Assembly: GCA_950097015.1 (NCBI GenBank)
Contig: CATNEN010000038.1
Location: 10,292,001 to 10,356,000 of the forward strand
Origin: Macrostomum hystrix
Lineage: Eukaryota > Animalia > Platyhelminthes
Direction: 5' to 3'
Length of the DNA stretch: 64,000 nucleotides
Part shown: piece by piece, positions 12,822 to 26,059 of the stretch
How positions within the stretch are numbered: the stretch's first letter is position 1
Layout of the letters: every line of letters starts with the position of its first letter
Made by a program: the position numbers and the translations under genes
The notes under the pieces: generated by a model
Told to the model about the DNA's origin: nothing
Database searches by the model: none
The model's input: the letters and a program-made list of their open reading frames with translations, nothing else

Positions 12822-13754
12822 ATTTCCAAACATATAGGGAAGCCATTTTTACGGCGTAGTGTAGAATAACTTCGACTAAGTAGCTCAATGAGATACATGA
12901 GATACATACATGACAAGGCCATTTTTCAAAAGAAACCAAACTAGAATCCTTGTCCCTAGAACTCAAAGAACTCGATATGGAAAACTCTTGCATAATGAAT
13001 TATAGCTTTTTGGCTAGAACGGCAAGAACTATATACAACACAGGCATATATGCATTTTAGAAATGAAATAGATGACAGATTAATAGAAAGGAGGAATGAA
13101 AAGAAAAAATGACAAAAAGTGAAAAAGTTTTATTTCGTCAATTACAAAAATCAGTAGTGGTTGGTAATCGAGCTAGGGACCTTCCGCATGCGAGGATTCA
13201 GCGCTACTCAACAATCTACACAGACTTAATACAAGTGAAGGGAAAAAATATTATTATACTGGCTGGCCATAACACTAGCCATTTCTAGACATTTCCAAAC
13301 ATATAGGGAAGCCATTTTTACGGCGTAGTGTAGAATAACTTCGACTAAGTAGCTCAATGAGATACATGAGATACATACATGACAAAGCCATTTTTCAAAA
13401 GAAACCAAACTTGTCCCTAGAACTCGAAAGAACTCGAAGCAGTGGCGAACGAATTTCGTATATGGAAAACTCTTGCATAATGAATTATATCTTTTTGGCT
13501 AGAACGGCAAGAACTATAATACAACACAGGCATATTATATGCATTTTAGAAATGAAATAGATGACAGATCAATAGAAAGGAGGAATGAAAAGAATAAATG
13601 ACAAAAAGTGATAAGTTTTATTTCGTCAATTACAAAAATCAAATGTAATTGGTAATCGAGCTAGGGACCTTCCGCATGCGAGGATTCAGCGCTACTCAAC
13701 AATCTACACGGACTTGATAGAAGTGAAGGGAAAAAATGTTATTATACTGGCTGG
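12822..13754. repeat. Tandem duplication, ~469-bp unit x2, with indels
   Basis: ATTTCCAAACATATAGGGAAGCC at 12822 and 13291; both copies end ...ATTATACTGGCTGG. Confidence 0.9.
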
Positions 13755-15149
13755 TAGAAAGCCCAACTTAAAAGTTCTTTATCGTTCTTAATCGTTCTTT
13801 CATTCTTATTTATTCTATACCGTAACAGTTAAACCTAAAATCTGTAATTTAGAAGATACAAGAGAGAATAAGTATACAATTATAAATATAGGAATGAATA
13901 AGTAGAAGCTAGGTATGTAAGTATGCATAATTTAAAAATTTGGCGCGTTCCGATGCACAAGATTGAGATTCTAAATAGAGGAAGAGGGACTGTGTTTCGT
14001 ACATTAATAAGGTAATAGTTTGGTATCTTATCTCCCTCCCGAGTTCCGGCCAACAAATGAATTAGTAATGAATTTCGATTGCTAGGGACCATTGAAAGGT
14101 TACACGATCGATCATAACCAATTGTGAATTATTTGATATTTTTTGTTTTCTGCAATCTAAATTCGAAATTTATTCATATACATTCTGTTTTTATTAAACG
14201 TTGCTTCATTTTGTGTTCATATGTGTTTATTTTGGTACGTCCAATTCCTTCACGCAAACTAAACTCCCGGACGATAAAATGTTACGTAAACACGTTAAAA
14301 CAAAACAAACGCTGAAAACAAAACGTAGAATTAGTAAAAAATCTCATTTTATTGCACAAAAATTAAAATTGCTTTAACAGTTTTTAGTTACAGACAAGCG
14401 CTTTATTGACTTGAAATTTAAATTTTAAATTACAGTTTTTGCGGTTGTTTTATTCCTATCCAATATTCTATCCTATTCTATTGTAGTATAACTGGGTTTG
14501 AAGGCCGCGAATTTAAACAGTTTTACTACAGCAATTTAACGTCTTCAGTTTACACGCCGCGCCGCGCCTTACACTTACAATCGATTGCAGCGCGCTTTTC
14601 AAACTGGTGCGATTATATTTTAATTAGACAACGATTAAAATAATTTATAATTAATATTTGCATTATTTTCAAGGGTCATAAAAGTAGAAATTAATAACAT
14701 AATAATGTTATTTGCAATCGCTATAGTTACTGTATAGCAACAATTAAATATTTAGCGCAATTTTAAAAGAACATTTCCAGCCGCACTACACTATGCTATC
14801 CTAAACCGATTAGGTTACTTGTGTTAATTATCTACTGATACTACTACTAGATAATAGATCTATTCTTAAATCTTTAATTTATTTTGAAGTCTCAGTCAAA
14901 AGCATTGCGATTTTTTTGTCGCAGCGCATTTTTATTGCAAAATAGTAAATATAAAGTTTCTAATTAATTTAGATTAAATCGTCAAATTAGCTATTTGTTA
15001 ACGTAAGTATGACCGTCAGTGCTTTCTATTCACTCATATTTTCCTTAAATATGTTGCCCGTAGTTGTATAGACAACTAATATAATTAATAATTTTTTATT
15101 AACCATGCTTCCAGGGCCTAGCTGTGTCCCATAGGAAGTGCTAATTCAC

Positions 15150-15270
15150 ATGGTCCTATGCTGATAATTTCAATTTTATCTACGTGGTCCTATGCTGATA
15201 ATTTCAATTTTATCCACGTGGTCCTATGCTTATAATTTCAATTTTATCCATATGAATCCATGCTCAAAAT
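15150..15270. repeat. Short ~34-bp tandem repeat (GTGGTCCTATGCTGATAATTTCAATTTTATC), 3-4 copies
   Basis: Direct inspection. Confidence 0.8.
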
Positions 15271-16242
15271 TTATGCTTATCTGCTGGTGTTTTGTTTTGC
15301 AATCAGTCCTAAAAACAGTCTGGCTGGCTGCCTACATCGATCACCCTCAAACTGCAGCCAATTAAACCTGCCACAGAAAATGAATTCCACTGAGCAATGT
15401 AGAGAGCCTGGCACTTGCTGTCACAGCTAAGACCTGTGATTTCCTTTGGCAAATCAAAATCCCTCTGGGCTTTTAGACAGACAGACCCATCAATTGAAAA
15501 GGCAAGAATCTCATAACTTTAGTCTCCATGTAAAACGGAACAAAAAGGGAGCCTCACAGTGATATCACCTGCCAATTCTCTCTCACTAGCTGGCCTGAAG
15601 AATCAGCAACAAAAGTTTTAGTGTTGGAGCACAATGCAATAAATCTAGGATTGCCTAGACTTTCCAGCTCACCAGACTGGAATAAACATAATCCAACAAT
15701 CATATGTACAAAAACATTCAAGACACAATAGTTTTGATGACTATAGTTGGTTGTAGTGTCTCAAACAAACTTTTCTTGTACAACACTTAAGCATGCAGAT
15801 AACGCCTATGCCATATCTATCCATAGTGTGGATCATGTAGTGCAGACAAGAATTTTCCTGTGTGTATTTTCAGAAGTGGCATGCAGTGGTGTACAAATTG
15901 GTCAGTGGCCTGCATAATGCACACTACATAATTACACTGGCATGGCAATGTTGCCAATGCATTTATGCATGCAGCAAAAAACATATTCAACTTTTTTTTA
16001 AATCTATTGTATATTAACAGTATAAATAGAGAAACAAAAATTAACATTTGTCTCCACTTGATTTGTGTTGCCTATGGATGAGTTAGCTCTATGTAGCAAT
16101 GTATGCAGTGCGCTGCACGTGGCCTACATCTTGAATGTGCATTGACTTCCAAATTGCAGGTACTGCTTGACTGTTTTCACCTGCCTGTGACCAGTCACTT
16201 TACAGATATTGGCATTTGAGTAACCAACATCAGAAAACTCCT

Positions 16243-16390
16243 TGCAGAGCTATTGCTGCGGCTGCCTCATGGAATGGTTGGAGCAGCAAATCAAACATGT
16301 CGACACCGGTGACGCCCATCTGAAGTGGTCCCAGACCCTCTGACTTGGCCACCAGCTGGAACACGTCCATGGCGGCAAGAAGGTCGCTGC
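16243..16390 (-). pseudogene. Duplicated fragment of the methyltransferase-like exon at 33473-33621
   Basis: Near-identical DNA encoding SDLLAAMDVFQLVAKSEGLGPLQMGVTGVDMFD.LLQPFHEAAA. Confidence 0.85.
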
Positions 16391-16632
16391 TGTTAGCGGC
16401 CTGATTATGCGAACATCCGATGGGATTCCAATTGCTCTAACGGACATTTGACATTGTTCTAAAATAAGAAAATGCAATGAAATTTACAGAATTTTATCAT
16501 GTAGTCTAAAAATTTACTGCAACATGCTAACAAAATATGTGTTAAATTATATTCACCTCATTGAAATTGGAAGGAAATCCATGGAAGTAAAGACGAAAAT
16601 TTTCAAAGTCGTTTCTGAAATATTTGTTTTTA

Positions 16633-17592
16633 TACGTAGGGTGTCCCAGAAATAGCGGGAAAAATCGATGCACAGGCAAACTGGTGCAACATAGTTTATT
16701 GAAACTTACGTCACTGATATATAAACATCCAGCAGTTCTAATGCTTTTTAAATCAAGTAAATATGTCAACTCATTAAAAAGTTTTAGCTAAAATTAGAAC
16801 AAGGGGTAAGGGGTAGAGTTACACCAAGTCAAGGCCAGCGGAATCGGTCACGCAGCATCGCCATTGCTGACCTACTTCTTTGACTTAGCGGCAGGGAGCC
16901 TCCATGACAGACGCAGCGAGGAGGCGGCCGGTGCCGCCCATATCGCTAACCCCTGGCAGCATCGCCATCGCCGTCGACTGACGACTTTTCGACGAAGTCC
17001 CCCTTAGCTCGCAGCACTTAGTCCATCGCGTGAGAAGCGCATTGATGGCATCTGCATAAGCTCGACGCGGAATTTCGTGCAGCAGAACCCGCCTGAATTC
17101 ACCTTCCAAGTTGTCGCGATGGTCAAAGATGCGCCCCCGCAGGTGCTTCTTTAACTGAGGGAAAATTGCGTAGTCGCAAGGAGCTAAGTCTGGTGAGTAG
17201 GGTGGGTGCGCAAGCAGATCAAAATTGAGTTCGTTGATACGATCAAGCGTTTTCTTGGCCGTGTGAGGTCGAGCGTTGTCGTGCAACAGGAGGTGAGGCT
17301 TCATCGCAGCCCTGCGCTTGTTGCGGATGTCTGATTTCATCTTAGTCAGCGTCTCCGTGTACCGGTCCGAGTTAACCGTGCTGTTAGGCCCAAGGAAGTC
17401 GATGGTCAGGGTTAGACCCAGAAGGGTCAGGTCAACCTTCTTGATCGAAGAAAAGGGTCAGCATGATCTTCTTGCAGTGCTGGTCTCGCTTCGCTTTCAC
17501 AGGTGGATCTGAACCCTTCAACGCCCACACCTTGCTTTCTGCTTGGTCTCAGGGTCAAAGTGCGGTATCCAGGTTTCATTGCCGGTCACCAG
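16633..17592 (-). mobile_element. Tc1/mariner (DD34D mariner) transposon, 5'-truncated and frameshifted
   Basis: LVTGNETWIPHFDPETKQ, LLHDNARPHTA, HPPYSPDLAPCDY..FPQLKKHLRGR, RWTKC; TIR-like TACGTAGGGTGTCCC at 16633. Confidence 0.9.
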
Positions 17593-18367
17593 ATAGGGTG
17601 TATCTGGTATTCGCTCGTATTTTAAGCGAATTTTTTTGAAGTTCTGTAAATTCTGTAAATTACCGAACTAGGCTACAACAAGCAAAAACAATTACAGTTT
17701 AGCATATGATAGCTGCCTAAATTCCTGATGTACATAAATATATATCTCGGCTCCATTAGTAAAAAAACACTAACCTGGCAGTTCAATCGCCCAACAGGCT
17801 ACCTTCTGCCGCATTCATTTGAGCTGAAATTGGTAGGGATATTATACTCAAATCGCCAGAAGTATAATATCGCCAACTTAAATACTAACGTTAGTTTCCC
17901 TTTTGATTAGTCAAGATTAGTAAACATAGAAGCACAGCCGTTAATTGGCTGCGAACTTTTAATATCTGATTCAATATTGGGAACACTTTGAACTGCAGAC
18001 TTCACCTCTAAGTTGTTTAAAGTACTTATTGGTCTCAGTTGCTGCAAGCTGTTGAAACATGGCACAATGATTTCAACCGCTACAACATATTGAACAGAAA
18101 CTACTTAAAAATAAATGAAAACGAAAAGTAATAAATTCCAGATCTACCTATCAATCAGACGAGCCAAGAGCTTTCACCTTCAAAGGCATTTTCCGGTAGA
18201 TTATTTAACTCTTAGTCGTTATGATTATATTATTATATATTTTGCGGTGCCCTAAAGTAGTGGATACAAATAATAAGGATTCAAATAGTCCTGGTCAAAC
18301 ATGATATTTGTTGCATTATTAAACTTCATTAAATCAAATTAAAGTAAGTACATTTTACTTATTTCAG

Positions 18368-21046
18368 ATGTACCGTTTTAAAACCCTGAAGAAAACACGC
18401 AAGGTAACTTACGTTTCTGGCCTGCGTGGACGACCAAGATCAACAAAATACTCTGCCGGTAAAGACTGTTGGAATCAACATAGTGCTAAATCTGCAGTTC
18501 AAAACACTTCTGGCACGTCCAGTTCTGTTTTTCAAGAAGCAGATTTCGACTTTGAAAGTTCGTCCGATTGCTTTATCGAGTGGGAAAATTATGATTCATT
18601 TGTTGAAAATTGTTCACCGAGTTATCGGAAGTCATTTATTTTGAGCCAGTGCATACGCTGCCGAGAAAACCAAGGTATTTTTCGCTGTATAACCTGTAAC
18701 GTGGATCTATGTGCTGACTGCAAGGAAGTAACTCATGGAGATTTCGTTGCTCATAAATTTCTACTCTGGAATGTAAGCAAACCTACATATATTTAGTGAT
18801 CTTTAGCTCATAAGTGCACTTTTTTAAACGAAACAAGAAAAAAAGATCTCAACAGCAATTTTAGCAATCTATGCCAATCAAAAATGTAAACTAAAATGTA
18901 ACTTCCTCCCGCAGATCGATCTACTGATGTTTAGTGAGGAAACTTCCGGGGCAGCCATATCTTTTCCAAAACTTTACTGCTGTAATGACTGTGCGAGAGG
19001 CAAAGTATTTAATGCAGCGAGCAACGTGCAGTTAATTAACATAACCGGAAGCGTCCAGGCAAAAGTTTTTACATGTGCAGCATGCGACACCTGTTGTGCT
19101 TTGCTGTCTCAGGGCTACTTCCCAGCAACGGCTTCATCAGATGGCGAATGTTTAACTTTTTTTTTCCTTTAGTTTCCTTTCACTTCTTGATTCAATGTGC
19201 ATGGATGGACAGTTGCCTATGCATAGAGCAATTCACTCATTCTTTAAGGGCACAGTCGTGGGACAAGGTTGCTGGAGTCCAGACTTAGCGAAGAGTGTCT
19301 ACCAACGTATTCAGCGGTACGGTGTACTTTTGCGCTTTCGCGAGTTGCAAAACCATAATTCATGTTGGCCAAAAACATGCCTAAGTTGCCCAGAAAAAAA
19401 CTCTAAACGCAAGACTGTTCTATGTGGTGATGGTCTCTTCGGTTGGCAGCAATTTGCAGCGTCGGGTGGAAAGCAGAAGGATTTACCAGGTGATGGTCGT
19501 ATTTTGCCTGACCTCTTATTTACGTAGATGGAAATTCTCAACAAGGTTCTACTGTCCATCATCCTGAGCCTGACAGTTGTCCTAACTGGAGAGCTGGTAG
19601 TACAACTAAAGAGACCTCGAGAGGTGCCTCACGGAACAACGTCTATGGATTCTTTGGTCTGTTCTGCAGACACAATAGGCTTGTGACAGGGTGTAATATA
19701 AATACTCCAGGAGAGCGTCTTTGCTATCCAGAGGAATGCCTGCTTCATTATTTAAAAACGACGCCAGTGTCAAAGCATCTACTGTTTATTTATGACGTTG
19801 GTGAGTAATCCGATTTAACATGCGTACAGTTTAAATCATATCATTATAATTCATACTTCGTGCAAAATATTTTTAACAGTTTTCCAAAAAATATTGAAAG
19901 TGGCATAAAAAGTTTTCTTGCTCGAATATACTCGAAATCGTTTCAATTTCAGGTTGTCGTGTCTAAAATCGGGTCAAGTCTATCGTTGCACAGTCCGGGG
20001 CTGATGTCCATAGCAGCATGTGTGCTGTTAATGCGTTTCACGTCCTTGGACATAAAACTAGCTGTCAGCTGAATTTATCCGTACGCGTTACTCCGGGAGC
20101 TGGCTTGTGTGACGGTGAGCATTCTGAACGAGCCTGGGCTGCCTTAAGACCGTATGGAAAGTTTTTTAAGTACATGCGGAATGATCGGAGGACAATGTCC
20201 ATATCCCATATTTTACACAATTTCAATGCTCAACAACTTTTAAATGCACATGTGTGGTTTGCGCAAAGGTTGAAATTGATTACAACTACCTCTACAGCAA
20301 TAAAAAACGAAATTCAAGCTCTAATGCATGAAATGGCTGTCTTAAAAAATTCTGGTTGTATTGACACTCGCTTTGACGTATCGGATGAGCAGATTCTGGT
20401 CTTAGGCCAGCAATGGCATATGGAATCAATTTCGGGTCACGCCTCTCTTGAAGAAGATACGCTGGGCTCTTTAAGGTCAGTTGCCACTCAAAGAATATAT
20501 TGGCTTAGAGAACTTGGTACTTCCACAGGTCAAAGTCGAACAAAAAGTTGTGCTCGTAGAGTTTTTAGTCTAACTTCGGAAATGCAGAAACTCTATTCCA
20601 AATTGCCACAAAACGATAGACCAACTTTTACAGAACTTCAAAACCCTAAGCATAGCTTCTATTCCGGAATTGCTAAAAACTATTTTACAGGAAGCTTTCG
20701 TAGACGCGCCATTGACGTAAGTCATAAAAAATAGAGGCTTGATGAGGAAAAAAACTTTCTTTTTGATGAATGGCGTGATATTCAGAAGCGTATTCAAGAG
20801 CATTGTATAACTTTAGAAGGTCAACCAGGTCTACCGGCAGACTTTCACCGACTGTTTCAGATTATTTACCGGCAAATTGAAAGTGTCCCTATAGCAATGC
20901 TCTCAGTCAACCAAGACTCAATCCAAAGTTTAACTCCCACGGTTGACAGTTTAGACAAAAATGATTCTAACGAACGACTGGACGATCTAGATAACTCATT
21001 CAATTCAGCATCAGATGATTCTGATGATGACGAGACCGCGTGTTAA
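18368..21046 (+). pseudogene. CxC (CxC2/CxC3-like) + KDZ (Kyakuja-Dileera-Zisupton) transposase, spliced and disrupted
   Basis: Exons 18368-18772, 18916-19800, 19953-21046. Motifs FRCITC..LCADC...H....H....WN, LLSQGYFPAT, CLSCP, CGDGLF, CPNWRA, GLFCRH, GERLCYP, FIYDVGC, VNAFHVLGHKTSCQ, GAGLCDGEHSERAWAAL, RLDEEKNFL. Frameshifts near 19160 and 19520; stops at 19964 and 20732. Confidence 0.88.
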
Positions 21047-21146
21047 ATATATATTAGCAGCTAAGTGCATCAAACCAAAAAGTCTCATAATATTTAAGTC
21101 AAATTGCAACACTTTACTATTAAGTATCTGCTATCTGACACAAAAA

Positions 21147-21710
21147 AATGCTGGGACTGTCAATGTGCATTCATTGCTTTGACATTTTTCCCTCTGCAAA
21201 AAACTAATGCTGGGATTGTCAATGTGCATTCATTGCTTTGAAATTTTTCCCTCTGCAAAAAACTAATGCTGGGATTGTCAATGGGCATTCATTGCTTTGA
21301 CATTTTTCCCTCTGCATAAAACTAATGCTGGGATTGTCACTGTGCATTCATTGCTTTGACATTTTTCCCTCTGCATAAAACTAATGCTGGGATTGTCACT
21401 GTGCATTCATTGCTTTGACATTTTTCCCTCTGCATAAAACTAATGCTGGGATTGTCAATGGGCATTCATTGCTTTGACATTTTTCCCTCTGCATAAAACT
21501 AATGCTGGGATTGTCAATGTGCATTCATTGCTTTGACATTTTTCCCTCTGCATAAAACTAATGCTGGGATTGTCAATGTGCATTCATTGCTTTGACATTT
21601 TCCCTCTGCATTTGTCAGATAAATTTTTCTTTCACGAACGTGACGCGCCTCATCGTGGCGTGAAAGTGAACAGTGCGCGTTTCAATCTTTTGCACTGGCC
21701 AAGACGTCAC
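21147..21710 (+). mobile_element. Terminus of KDZ unit 1: ~8 x 59-bp subterminal array + 100-bp unique end (...CCAAGACGTCAC)
   Basis: Starts ~100 bp after the KDZ stop codon; 21611-21710 is 99/100 identical to the reverse complement of 37216-37315. Confidence 0.8.
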
Positions 21711-23127
21711 TACTAGTTAGTCTAGGTGTTTTACAACCTTCTGTACTGAATATCCACGAACCAATCACTTCATATATTTTATTCTATCTATTCACATTCT
21801 TTATACCCAGAAATTTGCTGTTATAGTAGACTCCCTCTCACAAAGTTGACCTATTTTGTCTTGTTTCCGGTACGTAAATCAAGAAATCAAAGCAATGAAC
21901 GCTACTTTTAGTTTAAGATTTAGTATCATTTGCGATTCAGCTCTCAATCTGCGTGTTCTCAATATAATTTCCTGCTTTCATTCATTTTTCCCTATGTTCC
22001 GTGGTGCACAACTGCTGGACTGGAGAACAATCGCACTCGGCACCAAAAGATGTAGTGGCACTTTTAGGCTTAAATACAGGTAAAAGATGCTTTTAATTAC
22101 TTAAATTTGTGACTTATTTATTGAATTTTATATTCAAGTTCAATTCCCACCCTGCCAGGAAATGCAAACTGGACTCGACAGTTTAGATTATTCGGAGGCA
22201 GCCTTGCAAAAACAGTGGCGAAGCCTGTCTGTCACGAGCAGAAACCGTAGCCGGCCGTCAGTGTCGGCCACCTTCGCGATGCGCGGTTTCTCAATGTACG
22301 ACGGAAGATAATTGCATATTATGCACTGTCTGCAGCTACCCATCTAGCCGACTAGCGGGCCTGCCATCCCACCAATGCAGCGCTGGAATACTGAGTACTG
22401 GTTGCTAACTGCAAAGATACATGCTTCTCACCTTAATTTGATATTATTTTGCGCATTCTCAAGTCCGTGTACTCTGTACTTACCCCCTGTTGAGCAGTTA
22501 TTGCAATATGCACATTTTTCTTATTTACGAGTAGCTAGTAAATATACAAATTGTACTTCGTCTTACTGCTTGCTAATAAATAAGTAGCTTACGAAATGCG
22601 CCCGATACCATCCCGTATAAAGCCAGTCTTAAATGGCGCATATTTTGTTACACCTACTGTGAGAAGCCTACTATGAAAGTGGTTGATAGTATATAACGAC
22701 GTGTTATTCTTTGGAAATTATATGCTTAACATATCGCCATTCCAGCATTAAAATAATTTTGTGTACAATTTGTTACTTAATAAAAAATTAATCAATTTTC
22801 GATATGTACAGCAAGCAAACCGATGCCTTAAGTACCCAAGTTCAGCCGACTGTACTTTTGAAAAAACAAGAAAGTGTTTCGTGTTTAAGATTTTAACAGT
22901 AACGGCATTGAGGTCGATTGCTGGTAATGTACTGTACGTATCGAGTACAATCGTAACAAGTAGCTCTACATGTACCTCAATCTCAGCAAAAATTAGATTA
23001 ATTGGATGTCAGTATAGAAGTGGATTTCTCATCTCAATCTGATACGAATTTAACGCCAAAAGCCCCATTGTCAGAACTCTGTTTCCTGAAGTGCAAGTGT
23101 AAATTAATTGTCATGATAGTCGAATTT

Positions 23128-25185
23128 AAGCAGTATGTATTCAACTCAGTGTAACCACTGATGAATCCGTAAATGTACCCCCGCTTCAACAGTTCAGATG
23201 GTCAACTATAAGCCGTATATATTCAACTCAGTGTAACCACTGATGAATCCGTAAATGTACCCCCACTTCAACAGTTCAGATAGTCAACTATAAGCAGTAT
23301 ATATTCAACTCAGTGTAACCACTGATGAATCCGTAAATGTACCCCCACTTCAACAGTTCAGATAGTCAACTATAAGCAGTATATATTCAACTCAGTGTAA
23401 CCACTGATGAATCCGTAAATGTACCCCCACTTCAACAGTTCAGATAGTCAACTATAAGCAGTATATATTCAACTCAGTGTAACCACTGATGAATCCGTAA
23501 ATGTACCCCCACTTCAACAGTTCAGATAGTCAACTATAAGCCGTATATATTCAACTCAGTGTAACCACTGATGAATCCGTAAATGTACCCCCACTTCAAC
23601 AGTTCAGATAGTCAACTATAAGCCGTATATATTCAACTCAGTGTAACCACTGATGAATCCGTAAATGTACCCTCACTTCAACAGTTCAGATAGTCAACTA
23701 TAAGCAGTATATATTCAACTCAGTGTAACCACTGATGAATCCGTAAATGTACCCTCACTTCAACAGTTCAGATAGTCAACTATAAGCCGTATATATTCAA
23801 CTCAGTGTAACCACTGATGAATCCGTAAATGTACCCTCACTTCAACAGTTCAGATAGTCAACTATAAGCAGTATATATTCAACTCAGTGTAACCACTGAT
23901 GAATCCGTAAATGTACCCTCACTTCAACAGTTCAGATAGTCAACTATAAGCCGTATATATTCAACTCAGTGTAACCACTGATGAATCCGTAAATGTACCC
24001 TCACTTCAACAGTTCAGATAGTCAACTATAAGCAGTATATATTCAACTCAGTGTAACCACTGATGAATCCGTAAATGTACCCTCACTTCAACAGTTCAGA
24101 TAGTCAACTATAAGCCGTATATATTCAACTCAGTGTAACCACTGATGAATCCGTAAATGTACCCCCACTTCAACAGTTCAGATAGTCAACTATAAGCAGT
24201 ATATATTCAACTCAGTGTAACCACTGATGAATCCGTAAATGTACCCCCACTTCAACAGTTCAGATAGTCAACTATAAGCCGTATATATTCAACTCAGTGT
24301 AACCACTGATGAATCCGTAAATGTACCCTCACTTCAACAGTTCAGATAGTCAACTATAAGCAGTATATATTCAACTCAGTGTAACCACTGATGAATCCGT
24401 AAATGTACCCCCACTTCAACAGTTCAGATAGTCAACTATAAGCAGTATATATTCAACTCAGTGTAACCACTGATGAATCCGTAAATGTACCCGGCCACTT
24501 CAACAGTTCAGATAGTCAACTATAAGCCGTATATATTCAACTCAGTGTAACCACTGATGAATCCGTAAATGTACCCCCACTTCAACAGTTCAGATAGTCA
24601 ACTATAAGCCGTATATATTCAACTCAGTGTAACCACTGATGAATCCGTAAATGTACCCCCACTTCAACAGTTCAGATAGTCAACTATAAGCCGTATATAT
24701 TCAACTCAGTGTAACCACTGATGAATCCGTAAATGTACCCCCACTTCAACAGTTCAGATAGTCAACTATAAGCCGTATATATTCAACTCAGTGTAACCAC
24801 TGATGAATCCGTAAATGTACCCCCACTTCAACAGTTCAGATAGTCAACTATAAGCCGTATATATTCAACTCAGTGTAACCACTGATGAATCCGTAAATGT
24901 ACCCCCACTTCAACAGTTCAGATAGTCAACTATAAGCAGTATATATTCAACTCAGTGTAACCACTGATGAATCCGTAAATGTACCCCCACTTCAACAGTT
25001 CAGATAGTCAACTATAAGCCGTATATATTCAACTCAGTGTAACCACTGATGAATCCGTAAATGTACCCTCACTTCAACAGTTCAGATAGTCAACTATAAG
25101 CAGTATATATTCAACTCAGTGTAACCACTGATGAATCCGTAAATGTACCCTCACTTCAACAGTTCAGATAGTCAACTATAAGCAG
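23128..25185. repeat. 82-bp satellite array, left part (~25 copies)
   Basis: Unit TATATTCAACTCAGTGTAACCACTGATGAATCCGTAAATGTACCCYCACTTCAACAGTTCAGATAGTCAACTATAAGCMGTA. Confidence 0.97.
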
Positions 25186-26059
25186 CCCGAGCAACATTTT
25201 TACGTTGCCCATGGGTCTCCCGTACGTAACTACATCACCAATTTTCAACATGCATTTTAGTTCCCTTTTTACTTTACTAGTGATTGATAATACTGTGCTT
25301 TATAGGAAGTATATGCTAAACGAGAATTTCAGCATGTCTTAGTTAGCTTTTTGGGACCTAGAAAAAATAGGTTCCATAGAATACGAAACAGATTCGTATA
25401 AGAGAACGCGTACAAAAACCAAGACGAAAGAAAATTTAATTTATAGGATATTGCAAGAAAAATAATTAAAGAAATAAATAAAATGGTTTTGGAAATGTAA
25501 TTAATAATATTGTGTATAGATTTTTGAATTACAAATTCAGATTTGTTTGTGTTGAAAAAATTTAAACCACTTTTCGTGCGTGTCTCGCAGCGTCTCAAAA
25601 TTTTCCGCTTTCCGTTACACCTTTACCATCTGAATTAGAAATAATTAATTCTAATAATTAGAATTATTACTTATTCTCAGCAACACTTGGTGGTGTAATT
25701 CAAATTGTAATAGCAAATAATAGTTACATAAGCTAGTAAAATCCGAAGCACTATTCTTTATGTTAAATCTGTTTTTCTTTACTAGTTTACATGCCATGAC
25801 TACATTTTGGTATTTCTCCATACAATAGGCCTGCAATGTCAATTTTTTATAATGTAATTTATCAATTGGGTAGTTAGTTAGTGTTAGTGATAACACTGAT
25901 AATTGTAACTAGCTAGGTATAATAATAACTGATTTCACAGTTTGCAATACAGTATAAATTTAAAGTGACTTTTATTAATAACTAATTTTCTAATTTTCAT
26001 AAACATCTTTAATTTGTCTCTTCAAGGCTTATACTTATAGAAAACCTAGTCACTGAACA

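Noticed and set aside
12746-18367. Search for the 5' end and TSD (TACTAGTT) of KDZ unit 1
   Set aside because: No TACTAGTT|CGTCAC or similar junction found; the left boundary is unresolved and may be deleted
21147-25185. CRISPR-like appearance of regular arrays
   Set aside because: No unique spacers, no cas genes, eukaryotic context
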